Assembly (NCBI GenBank): GCA_963666055.2
Contig: CAXWPH010000015.1
Coordinates: forward strand, 1,184,001 to 1,248,000
Direction: 5' to 3'
Length of the DNA stretch: 64,000 bases
Source: Acidobacteriota bacterium
GTDB lineage: Bacteria > Acidobacteriota > UBA890 > WLXD01
Part shown: piece by piece, positions 63,453-64,000 of the stretch
Layout of the letters: every line of letters begins with the position of its first letter
Position numbering within the stretch: the stretch's first letter is position 1
Position numbers and translations under genes: made by a program
The notes under the pieces: generated by a model
Databases searched by the model: none
Told to the model about the DNA's origin: nothing
Seen by the model: only the letters and a program-made list of their open reading frames with translations

Positions 63453-63497
63453 TACCGGGGGAGGGTCTCGAACCCTCACTCCCTTGCGGAAACAGGA
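63453..63497 (-). other. 3' fragment of tRNA-Leu (probable att site of an integrative element)
   Basis: Minus strand tcctg-tttccgcaagggagt-gagggttcgagaccctc-ccccggta: anticodon stem 3' strand, long variable arm, T-arm, acceptor strand, discriminator A; no 5' half adjacent. Confidence 0.78.
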
Positions 63498-63931
63498 GTG
63501 ATGTCGAAGAAATGTGATCGCGCGCGACGATCGCTCTCTGGCCCCGTTTCGCTCGCTTCTGCGCCTCCATAGGAAAAAGGGATTGGCGGATCCCTGTGGT
63601 GCGAGCTCACACCAACACGGGAGGACCACGAGAAGTGCAATGACGGGATTGACACCGGCGGCGCCCGACCACTTCCGGTCGACCTGTCGCTTTCCTTAGT
63701 GAAGGCTGTTCGTGCTTGCCCCACTGCGGCGGGGTCACCGAACAGCTGGCTTCCGCCCCGGGTCGTTGCGGACTAGCTCGAGCTACCTGCGCTCAAATGA
63801 GCCCTTTTGGCGCGGTTTGTGGCATAAGAGATCAAATGAGGGACGCAGAAGCGTCCTGTTAACCTGCCCTGATGAAAACTTCGGGTAGTCCTCACGTTCG
63901 GCTCAGGCAACCGGGACCCAGGAGCCCCACA

Positions 63932-64000
63932 ATGATGATGCGCAGGCGCACGTTGCTGGCGACGCTGGTCCTTGTCGCTACCCTGGGCGTGACTTCGAGG
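63932..64000 (+). CDS. Start of a secreted protein (3' partial)
   Basis: AGGAG then MMMRRRTLLATLVLVATLGVTS, signal-peptide-like, running off the window. Confidence 0.5.
   Translation, partial: MMMRRRTLLATLVLVATLGVTSR

Noticed and set aside
63453-63780. Intron-containing tRNA-Leu
   Set aside because: No D-arm or 5' acceptor strand is recognisable in the following 500 bp and no group I core is evident
63865-63895. CTGATGA as a hammerhead ribozyme core
   Set aside because: No properly placed stem II, GAAA and cleavage triplet could be built

Overview
A GC-rich (roughly two-thirds GC by eye) bacterial chromosomal segment. ADOP-type duplicated permeases, GWxTD proteins, an acidobacterial VWA N-terminus and a DUF1592-DUF1552-ankyrin operon suggest Acidobacteriota (inference). 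It is an accessory, patchwork region of about 55 CDSs: hydrolases and oxidoreductases, cysE-cysK, a comDE-like ThDP decarboxylase pair, two ECF sigma/anti-sigma modules, a metal-uptake operon with no ATPase, an SBP56 (methanethiol oxidase-like)-ferredoxin-CoA-binding operon, a TetR-controlled electrophile-detoxification cluster, fadE-yiiX and an OmpR-type two-component pair. About nine genes are deletion-scarred remnants. I found no CRISPR array, rRNA, intact tRNA, transposase or integrase. A tRNA-Leu 3' fragment near the right end looks like an att site. The strongest non-coding signal is a family of 279-bp YTAG-targeting MITE-like elements. They fold into a Y shape with two head-to-head copies of one internal motif, and a divergent copy shows compensatory changes. 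They often sit on TAG stop codons, and two of them bracket comDE. Other signals read directly from the sequence: a three-copy ECF promoter (TGTAAG-N16-GCACTCA), three TetR-type operators, inverted GWxTD paralogs with a shared promoter flanking about 18 kb, a duplicated OmpR-box/promoter/signal-peptide module, a giant coiled coil ending in a degenerate HD-GYP domain, and a secreted MIO-less ammonia-lyase homolog. All family calls come from motif recognition by eye; no searches were run.
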